Below are positions 1 through 15,776 of a stretch of DNA of 64,000 nucleotides, piece after piece. Under the pieces are notes generated by a model. It saw only the letters and a program-made list of their open reading frames with translations, was not told where the DNA came from and ran no database searches. The first letter of the stretch is position 1; each line of letters starts with the position of its first letter. The translations under genes and the position numbers were made by a program. The stretch is from Eledone cirrhosa (lineage: Eukaryota). The stretch spans positions 54,808,001-54,872,000 of the forward strand of contig OZ024741.1 of the NCBI GenBank assembly GCA_964016885.1. Reading direction: 5' to 3'.

Positions 1-680
1 AAAGTACATGAGGTAATTAGAAATGGAAAAAGAGTAATAATAATAATCTATAATTAATAATGTTTAATAAGGCATGGGGAAGATTACACTATAATAAGGT
101 ATAAAAGTAAGAATAAAGTAAAATATAAAGGAGGATAAAAGTGAAAATAAGAATAAAGATAAAAAAAATATATATATATAAATTAAAAAAATATATAGAG
201 AATATATAAAGAAATATAAGCAAGTATTGGAAAGGGAAAAACACAATGTAAAAAAACCGATTTTTTTTCAAATAAAAAAATTATAAATATGGGGGGAGAA
301 AACGGGATAGAGAAATATAATCAAATGTGATTAGTTGAGAGAATATAAGATGATAATAGTTATGTCAAGTTTATACATCTTAATAATAAATAATCTGTAT
401 ATCAGAGTTACACATCCTTCAATTCACTTGCAGTTTCAACCCACGTGGCATAGTCCATTGTTCATCTGTGCGGTCATGTGCGTTTGTTTTTGACACCACA
501 GCAGATGCACAAGTTCGTAAATTCCAATGCAGATAGAAATCTATTTTTGCTCACCCAGACGTTGACGGAGGATCCAATAAGTATATATATATATATATGT
601 GTGTATGTATATATATATATATATTTGTATACATGTATGTTTGTGTGTGTGTATGTGGACCTCACAACATACCGTGGATA

Positions 681-757
<77 letters not shown>

Positions 758-770
758 ATGTGTATATGTG

Positions 771-813
<43 letters not shown>

Positions 814-872
814 ATATGTATATACATATTAATTCAAAATATTAACAAAATAGATATTCTTGTGATCAATTA

Positions 873-939
873 TATTTTATTATACATATTTCAGAGATAC
901 TGAGTTAAGTTCAACAGTACGTCCTCATCAGATAAAATA
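873..939 (-). ncRNA. Type I minimal hammerhead ribozyme (PLE pLTR-type)
   Basis: Minus strand: tattttat CTGATGA ggacgtactg..cagtatctct GAAA tatgta TA ataaaata; 8-bp stem I, intact core. Confidence 0.8.
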
Positions 940-1349
940 AGATGATGCCGACATACCCTGACATAGTAGATGGTTAAGATTCAGTCATGGTAGTGATTAA
1001 CCTATGACAAAACTCAATATTTATGCCCTAATATTGAGAATATGAGATAACATAATACAAACAATAGAGAGGGTGCGTGTAATAGAGCTTAAGAAATACA
1101 TGGCATCAATATAAGAGTTATCTATTTTTTATTTTTAAAAACTACTGGAGAAATAGGAGGGAAAGGAAAGCATAGAGGAAGAAACAGCTGATGTGATAAT
1201 ATATTTAGTAGGTGGCTTGAAAAAACAGATGAAAGATCATTAAAGAGAGAGAGAGACAAAGGGGAGTAATTTATGTTCAAGTTTATATACAGATTTCCAT
1301 ATATGCAACACATGTCCAAATTAATATAGTTGGCGGTTAATTTTCAAAA

Positions 1350-2450
1350 TATTTAATTTAAGTTATTTCAGAGTAATGAATAATATTTTAAGTTTTAAAA
1401 GTTAATAGGTATTTGTATTAATATTATAATTATATTTAATTTCTAAAATTCAAATTTTATGAAAACAAATTTAAAGGATTTACGAAACACGAGAAAGAAA
1501 AAATATATATATAATGCTTTTATATCTTCACGAAGGTAATCTTTACCAAAATTATCTATAATATTGCCAACAGTTTATATAATATAATTTATAAAATAAT
1601 TATAGTTATAATTATTAAAGAATTTATTGTTAAATAGTTTGAGTGCCTAAAGTATCAACCGGCCTTATAACTAAACTTAAAAAATCCCGAATTTTTAACT
1701 ATATATATGTGTTGATCAAAAAATACGAAGATTATAGTTTATTATTTGTTTATAATTGAGGTGATACCTTTCAAATATATATAATATAATACAATAATGC
1801 AATAATGCAATATAATAAATAAGTTACTGAAAATATTGTTCAAAAATATATATAGTTAAAAAAATGTTGTTAAAAATATTGCTAAAGAATTAATATTTTA
1901 TATCAATTATTTTCATTTAGTTGATATATACTATAAAGATATGTCAAAACTATATGAGTCCTAATGATAGGGGCTAGATACAAAATAAATATGCAAATAA
2001 AAGAAAATGAATTGTTTGCGAAACTTAAAGATGCCAAATATTAAAAATATATTATAAATGCAATAGGGTTTTAATATAGTATACAAAAGATATATCTAAA
2101 ATATTTTAGCGAATGTGATATAAAGAGGAGCTAAATATTTGAGAAAGCGAAGGTAATCTAAATTTAATTAAAATAAAATAAAATAAAATAAGTTAAATTA
2201 AATTATATTATTATATTAAGTAAATCATTACATAAGTTCGACCTTCCAGGGAATATCAAACACTTATAACAATATATAGTCATTTCAGTGTCTAAATTAT
2301 TTATAAATGTAACTACGATTATGTTATTACACTAGATAAAGATACTTGTACAACTATAAAGATATTATTATTATAGGTATTAATGAAACAGTATACATTT
2401 AATAAAAAATAATTATAATCATTATTAGTAATGCTATAATTGTTGTTTTA
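1350..2450 (-). pseudogene. Highly decayed RT remnant, probably PLE
   Basis: Only faint motifs (SFDI-SL-Y-like near 1930, KGI-like near 1765); lies upstream of the same-strand HHR at 873-939. Confidence 0.25.
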
Positions 2451-2929
2451 CCTCCAGTTCAGTGGAGAGATAGAGCAATATTTGTCGACTATTATGGTTT
2501 GTTATATTTATACCTAGATATATATAGATAAATAAATGCAAATCTAACTTTCTGAGTACCCCAAAACATACTCAAAATGAGTAAAATATATAAAATATGC
2601 CAACGCATGAATGATCCACAGTTCAATTATAATCAGTAAATTTACAAGTTAAATATCCAAACTATATATTTAAAACAGAGACAGATAAATAAAGATCTGA
2701 ATCAAAATTATAAATATCCAAAAAAATCATAAGGTATGTATATTTATCAAGTAAACGAGTGTCCTTCATTCTAACATTAATTCTATCATAAATGATTAGA
2801 AGATAAAGCATTATTAAAGTTTTATAAACCGTTATGACTTTTTATGCCCAACAGTTGATAAGAGACGTCAAAAATCAGGCCTGATTGTTTATTGTTTTTT
2901 CCTGACTTTTTGCGAGGCTTGGAATATAG

Positions 2930-3440
2930 CAAAGCTTTCTGAAGGCAGTTTGAGAATAATTCACATTTTTTGTTAATTAAGTTTATAATTATTAATTATT
3001 AATAGAGTCTCCTTTGTACAGAGGTTGCAGTTAATTGATATAAATGAGTTGGTATATATTTTACTATTACAAAGCTTCGTCAATAAGATCGAGTATTTTA
3101 AATGTTTCTCTTTTAATGACCATATAAGTTGTGATAAAGAAATCGAAGACTTCTTATTAAAATTCGAAAATGAGCATTTGTGATTCGCATATCTCGATTT
3201 AAATGTCGAAGAAGTTGCTCCTATATAGTTGTATGTGTTGTTATTTGTTTTTACGGTGCATTTATACACCAGATTTCTATCCAGACAATTATTTTGCAGA
3301 GGGCAATCTGGTTTATTTCTACAATTACATTTCGATTTATTATTATTTATATTAACACTATTATTAATAGCATTATGTTGATTTTGGTTTAGAATTACAC
3401 TGTTTATTTTAGCGATGTTTTGGGCCATATTCATGGTTGT
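2930..3440 (-). mobile_element. PLE fragment, C-terminal GIY-YIG endonuclease with CxCx5CP and CxLC motifs (Hydra-group-like)
   Basis: ORF 2973-3434: CNCRNKPDCPLQNNC..LVYKC..YIGATSSTFKSRYANH..LSQLIWSLK..CNLCTKE. Confidence 0.85.
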
Positions 3441-3544
3441 AGAATAAGACAGTGTGTGAGTGCTTCCAATCTATTGTAAAACTCATTCTTTGATGTATAC
3501 ATTGAAACTTGTTTAACTTTTAAATATATATATATATATTTATA

Positions 3545-3619
<75 letters not shown>

Positions 3620-3841
3620 CGTTTCTGAATTTGTTTAGCAAGATTCTTTATCTGAAATCGTGTGTTGAAACCGATATTGTTATACTTTGGGAGGGTCATG
3701 TTGCCAATAAGAAACACACGCTTTCACTTCAATTGCTTTCACTTCAATTTATTATAAATTTATAATAAATTTATAAATTTATAAATTTATAAATTTATGG
3801 TTGGTTGGTTGGTTCCACAACCAGATAGTTGTTTATATATT

Positions 3842-3884
3842 GTCATAGTTCTTTCGTCACACACTCTGTGACCTCTTCAGTGAC
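3842..3884 (-). ncRNA. Type I minimal hammerhead ribozyme in PLE 3' pLTR
   Basis: gtca CTGAAGA g gtcac..gtgac GAAA gaac TA tgac; degenerate copy at 58512-58555. Confidence 0.75.
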
Positions 3885-4085
3885 TGGGGATTCCTTTCTT
3901 TGTTTCTGTGCCTCTCCTTTGTTCTGTCCTACGCCATTTTGTTTTTGTGTGTGTGTTGTGTGCTCAGTCTGCGCATGCGCCACATCCGGGTGTCTGTGTG
4001 TGTTTATGTTCATTTATTTATTTGTTTATTTACATGTTACTGGTTGGTTGTTTGTTCTATGTGTGTGTGTGTTTTCATTTTGTCC

Positions 4086-5208
4086 TTAATTGTAAGTTGT
4101 GATGTTGCTGTTCCACTCATATTTCCTATTTAATTTTGGTTGTAATTCTTTTATGTTTATTGCCTCTGTAATTTGTCTAAACATTGCGTCTTTTCTGTGT
4201 GTAGATTCTATTTTTATTTCTAGGTTCTCTAATTTACCCTTGTGTTCTATTTTAGCATGTTGGTAGAGTACAGATGATTCTTTACTATCTTGAAGGTCTC
4301 GCCAGTGTTCATTTATCCGTTCCCCTACACTACGAGCTGTCTCACCTATGTACACTATATTTTTGTCTCTACATTGTCCTTCGGTACATCTTATGCTATA
4401 CACTACATTTCTAGTTTTACAGTTAATATGGGGGCTTATTTTACAGGTTATACATTTCTTATCTATACATGAGGGTCTTTGAAAAGGGTATGTCTTGCTA
4501 ATAAGTGTTTTTACGGAGGTACCTGGTCTTTCTACTATCTTAATATTGAGTTTATGTTTCTTTAGGGCCCTTCTAAATTTGTAAGCTAATTCACCTCTAG
4601 GGGTTGTATCGATGAACATTACACTCTGGTATTTATTGCTATCATACCATGAGTTTATTCTATTAGCCTTGTTCCTAGTTCTTTCTATTCTATTCCAAAA
4701 TTTGCTCCTATACAAGGGGCAGGTCCCATTTATGTCATTATTTACCATTTTTTCCCATTTGGTTCTGGCTCCTCTATACACTCTGATTTTATCTCTCTGA
4801 TTGTAGCCAGAGAACTTGCACACGGTGAATGAAGTGCTGCACGTGTCCCCCCATCCCCTCGGGGCCGCACATGCGGGACACGTATCCCATCACCCGTACC
4901 AAATCCGCAATCAGTATGTCGATCTTGGTATGGTCCGAAACGGCCGAGCCTCGGCGGATCAGATGCCCGGAAGCCACGGGTTTGGCACAATGGGAATGGA
5001 GGATTCGTCTTTTGTCATTAATGGTATCCAACCAGAGCTCTGTGTCCAGCACAGGCAATCAACGGCCGGGGTGTCCACCTGGGTAGTCTACAGTAACTCT
5101 AATGACCCGGTGGATGGAGCCAGCTACCTGCCGGACGTTTTCCATTGTGCCCCCCATCACCCGACTGTTCTCCAGTGGGGGTGCCCCAACTACGATGCCT
5201 ATATCATC
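4086..5208 (-). pseudogene. PLE RT C-terminus, thumb and GIY-YIG endonuclease (stop and frameshift)
   Basis: VDDI..TVDYP..LPVLD..KPVAS..FSGY..CIDKKCITC..NVVYSIRC..YIGETARSVGERINEH..LYQHAKIEH..RQITEA. Confidence 0.85.
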
Positions 5209-5325
5209 AACCAACCAACCAACCAGAAATTTATAAATATATAAATTTATTATAAATTTATTATAATAAATTGAAGTGAAGCAACTGGTGCGTGTGTTTC
5301 TTATTGACAACATGACCCAAAGTAT

Positions 5326-5386
<61 letters not shown>

Positions 5387-5397
5387 AATATATATAT

Positions 5398-6535
5398 ATT
5401 AAAATAACAGATTAAATAAAGAATCGCTGCTTTCACCCTTAACGGGATCTTCTGAAACTAACAAAGTCAATCTGTAAACGCAGAACTGGATATTTCAAAA
5501 AACGTTACAACCGGAGGAAGACAGGAAGACGATACTTTGGTTCGTGGTACCGTTCGCTGGCAAAGAATGGGAAAAAACGAATAATACGTCATTAATAGGA
5601 GCGGTGAAAAACAATTACGCGCAAAGACAGAACCACGTTTATGGTATAAAAGAGGTTGTAGACTAATGTTCTCTTAGGTGTTGCATAGAGACGTTCTTAC
5701 ATATAAATACACATATAAATACCTACATATAAATACACGAAAGTGTATTTATATGTAGGTATGCGTGTGCGCTTGTTATATACGTATTTATCTACTTATA
5801 TACGTTTATATAATTATTTATTTATTTGTACACAAGCATACACACACACATATTTATATGTGCGTGATTTTGTATACCTATGGTAAGGTTTTGCGTATGC
5901 TTGTGTATGTACGTATCTGTTTGCGTGTATGTATTTATTTGTTTCTATTACTTCTGTATTGTATTTATTTACTTTATTTTTAACTCTGTAGCGGAGATTC
6001 ATTTGGTCTCCTAGTTAGAATTTTAGTCTACGACTTCTGCTATACCATTTACTTGGTTTTGTCTTTGCGTGCTATTGTTCTCCACGCTCCACATATAACT
6101 TATTATCTTCGTTTTTTCGTTCATTGCCAGAGAACGTCTCTATGCACCACCTAAAAGAACATTAGTCTACGACCTCTTTTATACCATAAACGTGGTTCTG
6201 TCTTTGCGCGTAATTGTTTTTCACCGCTCCTATTAATGACGTATTATTCGATTTTTCCCGTTCTTTGCCAGCGAACGTTACCACGAACCAAAGTATCGTC
6301 TTCCTGTCTACCTCCGGTTGCAACGTTTTTTGAAATATCCAGTTCTGCGTTTACAGATTGACTTTGTTAGTTTCAGAAGATCCCGTTAAGGGTGAAAGCA
6401 GCGATTCTTTGCTTAAAATTTAATCTGTTATTTTAATAAATATTTGCTCTACGGTTCTTATATATTTGATATATATTTTCCTTATCGAGCCCTCTTTGGA
6501 TTTTAGTCTTCAATTTTATTATTATTACTATATAT
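5398..6535. mobile_element. Non-coding fold-back element family A (PLE pLTR-like), arms ~5398-5696 and ~6132-6435
   Basis: ~300-bp inverted arms; other copies at 10211-11527 and 58555-59628; ends abut (TA)n; carries variant HHR. Confidence 0.75.
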
Positions 6536-6539
6536 ATAC

Positions 6540-10211
<3,672 letters not shown>

Positions 10212-10281
10212 TATAGTAATAATAATAAATTTGAAGACTAAAATCCAAAGAGGGCTCGATAAGAAGAAATATATATCAAAT

Positions 10282-11141
10282 CGACACAGTCTCAACCTCC
10301 CGCATCAAATCCTCTGCGTCCTTCACTGTATTTGTCACCAAAACTATGTCGTCGGCAAATTCAGCATCCGATACCTTTTTCGCCCCAACTCTCCTGCTCT
10401 GAGCCGGTGCTACAGTAAAGCCAGTGTCCTGGTGTTTCTCCAGTGCAAGGCGCATACAAAGGGGCTGAGAATGAATGAGACTAAAACAAAATATCTGGTA
10501 GAGAATGTTGAGAAGCCAGAGGGGATCACTAATGTAGGCGGGAAGCCGCTGGAATTGGTTGAGGACTTCCTGTATTTGGGAGCAAAGATTGGGAATACGG
10601 AGGATGATGTGGTTGAGAGGAAGAGCAAGGCCTGGGCGGCGTGTCACAGCTTGAGATCGGTGTGGAAGTCGGACCTTCGTAGAGACCTGAAAATCCGCCT
10701 CTTCATTGCTGTAGTGGAGTCTGTGCTGCTGTATGGGTCTGAGACTTGGACACTGACCAAGAGACTCACTCAGATGGTGGATGGGTGCTACACGAGAATG
10801 CTGAGGATGGCTCTGAACATTAATCAGTATACACTGAGGATGAAAAACTCAGAGCTGTATGGGAGCATCCCAAAAGTCAGCTCAAAAGTGACACAGAGGA
10901 GACTGAGGTTGGCTGGACATGCTCACCGACATCCAGAGTTGACATTGCACTCAGTGCTCCTTTGGGAGCCCCTACATGGACACACTAGAAGAGGAAGACC
11001 AAGGTTAACATATGTTGATGCCCTCAGGACAGACACTGGTCTGTTGGAGATGCAGGATATGGCAGCGATAATGAGGGACAGAGACCGCTGGAGAGAACTC
11101 GTCCATGGATCTCGGGAATTTTACCCGCCTTAGATAGATAG
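10282..11141 (+). mobile_element. RTE family 2, 5'-truncated with 5' inversion, (TAGA)n tail, 11-bp TSD
   Basis: FLYLG..LLYGSETW..GRPRLTY; 10282-10459 inverted (EFADD on minus); TSD atatatcaaat at 10271-10281 and 11142-11152. Confidence 0.9.
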
Positions 11142-11456
11142 ATATATCAAATATATAAGGACCGTTGAGCGTAGAGCATATGACGTATTATCTTCGTTTT
11201 TTTCGTTCATTGCCAGAGAACGTCTTTATGAACCACCTAAGAGAACATTAGTCTACGACCTCTTTTATACCATAAACGTCGTTCTGTCTTTGCGCGTAAT
11301 TGTTTTTCACCGCTCCTATTAATGACGTATTATATTCGTTTTTTCCCGTTCTTTGCCAGCGAACGTTACCACGAACCAAAGTATCGTCTTCCTGTCTTCC
11401 TCCGGTTGTAACGTTTTTTGAAATATCCAGTTCTGCGTTTACAGATTGACTTTGTT

Positions 11457-11507
11457 AGTTTCAGAAGATCCCGTTAAGGGTGAAAGCAGCGATTCTTTGC
11501 TTAAACT
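11457..11507 (+). ncRNA. Variant hammerhead (core CAGAAGA, U4A) of family A
   Basis: agttt CAGAAGA tccc gttaa gggt GAAA gca..tgc TT aaact; also 6369-6419(+), 58672-58722(-), 59555-59605(+), partial 5415-5460(-). Confidence 0.55.
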
Positions 11508-11551
11508 TTAATCTGTTATTTTAATAATATATATATATGTATGTATGTATG

Positions 11552-11604
<53 letters not shown>

Positions 11605-11638
11605 ATATATATATACATATACATATATATATATATAT

Positions 11639-11957
11639 GTAGGAGGTGAGTTTTATTGTAGTACAATAGCTATCTCTATCACAATAGCTATCTCTATCAC
11701 CCATCTCTCCCTCTCATCTCCTCCCCTTTTTCATCCTTTCCACCCCCCCCCCCTCTCTAAATAAAATATTTTTCCCAATATCACACATCAATCTAAAACC
11801 ACTTTTCATATGTTGATTTAAAACTGCACTATCCACAAGTGTTTTTTAGCCTTCATATCATGTTCTCCTGTTTTATCTGATGAAAACACAAATATTATTG
11901 CATTTTTGAAATGCGCATAATAAAATACATGGAACTCCTTTAACCATCTTTTGATCT

Positions 11958-11962
<5 letters not shown>
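11639..11962 (+). mobile_element. Family C PLE pLTR fragment with hammerhead at 11869-11927
   Basis: Matches 34624-34960 and 36000-36335; gttttat CTGATGA..GAAA tgcgca TA ataaaat. Confidence 0.75.
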
Positions 11963-12030
<68 letters not shown>

Positions 12031-12330
12031 AAAGTTAAACAAGGTTCAATGAATACATCAAAGAATGAGTTTTACAATATATATATATGTGTGTGTGTGT
12101 GTATATATGTATATATGTGTGTGTATGTGTGTGTATGTGTGTATGTGTATATATATATATATATTATCAAATGATTCTATGGACATACTTTATAGTATAT
12201 ATATAGGTATATATATATATATATAAGTAAGATGTATGGTAGGACGTATGTGAATCGCGATGATCACGTCTGACTTACCAAATATGTGACGGTAGCTAGT
12301 TAAGCTCTATGCGTATACGCAGAGCAGAAA

Positions 12331-14295
12331 TATTAGTGAAAAAGAACAAAGGAACTATTATGACATTATAGCAAGTTTATTGCCGACAGCCGTTTCGTCC
12401 TACCCCATGGTGCGACTTATCAAGGCATATAACATGTGATTGCAAGATCATTGTTTACATCAACGTATCACTCAAGGCTAGCAGTTTGAAATTGTTGTAT
12501 ACATCAGCAACTCCGCTTTAAGGGGGGCTCTTTTATATTAGTTGTCGGGGTCAGGGATTGAAGTTTAAAAATTAGACAAAAATATATAATTCACGCATCA
12601 ACATTAAACCAAGAGACTTGGGGTCCCGTAGAAGCACCTCAGAAAATCCCTCAATGAGTGCATAAAGCTTACAGGCTCCAATACACCTATTAGTCTAGAA
12701 GAAAATTAAGAGGCTAATAAAATAAGAAAATAAAAATATAAAGTTTCCCTAAAAAATATATAGAGTTCCTATGAAATTTCTTCTAGAGAAAAAATTTTTT
12801 TCCCAAAGAAAAAAACCTTCTTCCCCCGAGATCACGTTTACAAAATTCAGAAAACTGAATTGAAAACTAGGTTGAAAGAAACTAATCAATTAGAGGTTAA
12901 TTCAGAGAGCCTTCCATACATCTCTCAGAAAAGGCCCCTTTACTATTTCCAATAGGAACTTCTTCCGAGAGACCCTTCGAAGAATTAAAATTTTAGAGAG
13001 CCTTTGAGGATAAATATAAAAATGAATTGAGGAAAATTATACATTAAAAGTTAAAAATTAAAAATTACGGTATTTGGGATATCCGAGGTATTTTCAAAGG
13101 GCTGCTTCAACAGATACAACCTAGGCATAATAGGTACAATAATCTAAGCAATTTAAGCAATTCAATTAGGGAGCAATTCAAGGAGTTTATCAAGTTGGGC
13201 AAGATTAAAGAAAGTGGTAACTAAGAAAATACATAAGCAAAAAGACAATAATCATAAAATGTATCCTTAAGAAGGTACAAGGTAGCTTCCGTGATCTAAC
13301 CCTGTATTATCACAAAAAAACATTCTAAAATTATTGATACAGGATTAGAAATTATTACAAAATCATTACAAAATTACCACAAAATCATTACAAAATGATA
13401 CATTCTTAATGATACATTCTTAATGATACATTCTTAATGATACATTCTTAAGGATACATTTTATGATTATTGTCTTTTTGCTTATGTATTTTCTTAGTTA
13501 CCACTTTCTTTAATCTTGCCCAACTTGATAAACTCCTTGAATTGCTCCCTAATTGAATTGCTTAAATTGCTTAGATTATTGTACCTATTATGCCTAGGTT
13601 GTATCATTTTTATATTTATCCTCAAAGGCTCTCTAAAATTTTAATTCTTCGAAGGGTCTCTCGGAAGAAGTTCCTATTGGAAATAGTAAAGGGGCCTTTT
13701 CTGAGAGATGTATGGAAGGCTCTCTGAATTAACCTCTAATTGATTAGTTTCTTTCAACCTAGTTTTCAATTCAGTTTTCTGAATTTTGTAAACGTGATCT
13801 CGGGGGAAGAAGGTTTTTTTCTTTGGGAAAAAATTTTTTTCTCTAGAAGAAATTTCATAGGAACTCTATATATTTTTTAGGGAAACTTTATATTTTTATT
13901 TTCTTATTTTATTAGCCTCTTAATTTTCTTCTAGACTAATAGGTGTATTGGAGCCTGTAAGCTTTATGCACTCATTGAGGGATTTTCTGAGGTGCTTCTA
14001 CGGGACCCCAAGTCTCTTGGTTTAATGTTGATGCGTGAATTATATATTTTTGTCTAATTTTTAAACTTCAATCCCTGACCCCGACAACTAATATAAAAGA
14101 GCCCCCCTTAAAGCGGAGTTGCTGATGTATACAACAATTTCAAACTGCTAGCCTTGAGTGATACGTTGATGTAAACAATGATCTTGCAATCACATGTTAT
14201 ATGCCTTGATAAGTCGCACCATGGGGTAGGACGAAACGGCTGTCGGCAATAAACTTGTTATAATGTCATAATAGTTCCTTTGTTCTTTTTCACTA

Positions 14296-14298
<3 letters not shown>
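12331..14298. mobile_element. Family B ~2-kb fold-back (near-perfect palindrome), PLE pLTR-like
   Basis: 12331-13272 is the reverse complement of ~13447-14298 apart from a ~125-bp deletion in the right arm; third copy at 32953-34560. Confidence 0.9.
14202..14248 (+). ncRNA. Type I hammerhead with covariant U3:A8 core (family B)
   Basis: tgcc TTGATAA gtc..gac GAAA cggctg TC ggca; also 12381-12427(-) and 34465-34510(+). Confidence 0.75.
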
Positions 14299-14331
<33 letters not shown>

Positions 14332-14409
14332 ATATATGAATATATATGTGTATATGTGCATATATATATGTGTGTATGTGTATATATGTGTGTATGTGTG
14401 TGTCTATAT

Positions 14410-15108
14410 AACTCACCCACACACACACCCCCCCAAAAAATGTTTTCTCCACACGCCACCCACACCCACAACACGCTTAAACCCCACACACACGTGCTTC
14501 CCACCACATATTTACACCCTCAGCCTCCTGATTCCTCTCCCCCCACCCCCCTATACACACACGCACAGACACTCCGACCCACAAAAACACCCCCCACACA
14601 CACCTCTTCCTGAACATGCAACCCCGTTCTTCCCCCAACCCTCACTTTCACATACACACACACACACGCACACCTACACACACACACCACCTTCAGCCCT
14701 CCCCGCTCGGACACCCCGTCTCCCTCTCCCCACTCCACCCGCCACCACCCCTACCTACCCCACACCCTTCCACCACCTGTTTACCCCCCTTTTAATTTCA
14801 GTTTATTTTGATCATGCCTTTATTTTTAAATTTTCTCATTCCTTGTATTTTGATCATGCTTTATTTATATTTTTTATATTTTTTGTCTTTATTTGTTAAT
14901 TTTTCATTCGCACCGTTTCCTTTCGCTATATGTCTCTCCACCACTCCCCTACACACCTTTTGAACTCTGTTCCCACACACTTCTCACCTGAGGAAGGGCT
15001 TATGCCCGAAATGTCGTCCCCCACCTACCCCCCACTCTCCTGAGCGTGAATTTAATAAACATTTATTGTACTGCCTCTCTGTTCTGTCCCTGTTCAAATT
15101 TTTCATTA
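14410..15108 (+). mobile_element. Family E C/A-rich non-coding element with HHR-like core near its 3' end
   Basis: Homologous to 62732-63375(-); CTGAGGA a gggc ttat gccc GAAA at ~14988-15011 with weak stem I; flanked by microsatellites. Confidence 0.6.
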
Positions 15109-15114
15109 TATACA

Positions 15115-15211
<97 letters not shown>

Positions 15212-15372
15212 TCGTATGTGTATATATGTGTGTATATATATATGTATATATGTATATATATATGTATATTACGCAAATATGACCCTCCCCAAGTATAACA
15301 ATATATGTATATGTATATACATATATATATATACATATGTGTGTATATGTGTGTATATGTATATATATATAT

Positions 15373-15420
<48 letters not shown>

Positions 15421-15515
15421 ATGTATATGTGTGTGTTTGTATATATATATATATATTTGTGTATGTGTATTTATGTATTTTGTATGTGTTTGTATATGTT
15501 TGTATATGGGTATAT

Positions 15516-15601
<86 letters not shown>

Positions 15602-15650
15602 GTATATATGTATGTATATGTATATATGTATATATATATATATGTATATA

Positions 15651-15731
<81 letters not shown>

Positions 15732-15738
15732 ATGTATG

Positions 15739-15776
<38 letters not shown>

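Larger units (their letters stand above)
3670..5330 (-). mobile_element. 5'-truncated PLE (Naiad-like) with 3' pLTR and inverted pLTR piece, inserted in (TA)n
   Basis: RT VDD/thumb plus GIY-YIG at 4086-5208; 5209-5330 is an inverted copy of ~3670-3815; (TA)n on both flanks. Confidence 0.85.

Noticed and set aside
420-472. Minus-strand CAGATGA..GAAA hammerhead-like string
   Set aside because: No stem I pairing and G at the cleavage position.
474-903. Long YI/HT/CV-repeat ORFs here and at 15046-15930, 56553-58407, 60372-60894 and elsewhere
   Set aside because: Translations of (TA)n/(TG)n microsatellites, which lack stop codons; not proteins.
5059-5061. In-frame TGA in the Naiad-like PLE as possible selenocysteine
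   Set aside because: Not at a Cys position, the Cys motifs in the endonuclease region are ordinary codons, no SECIS recognised, and the copy is mutated.
13397-13460. Short direct repeats resembling a CRISPR array (also 33395-33520 and 35165-35340)
   Set aside because: No unique spacers, no cas genes, eukaryotic context.
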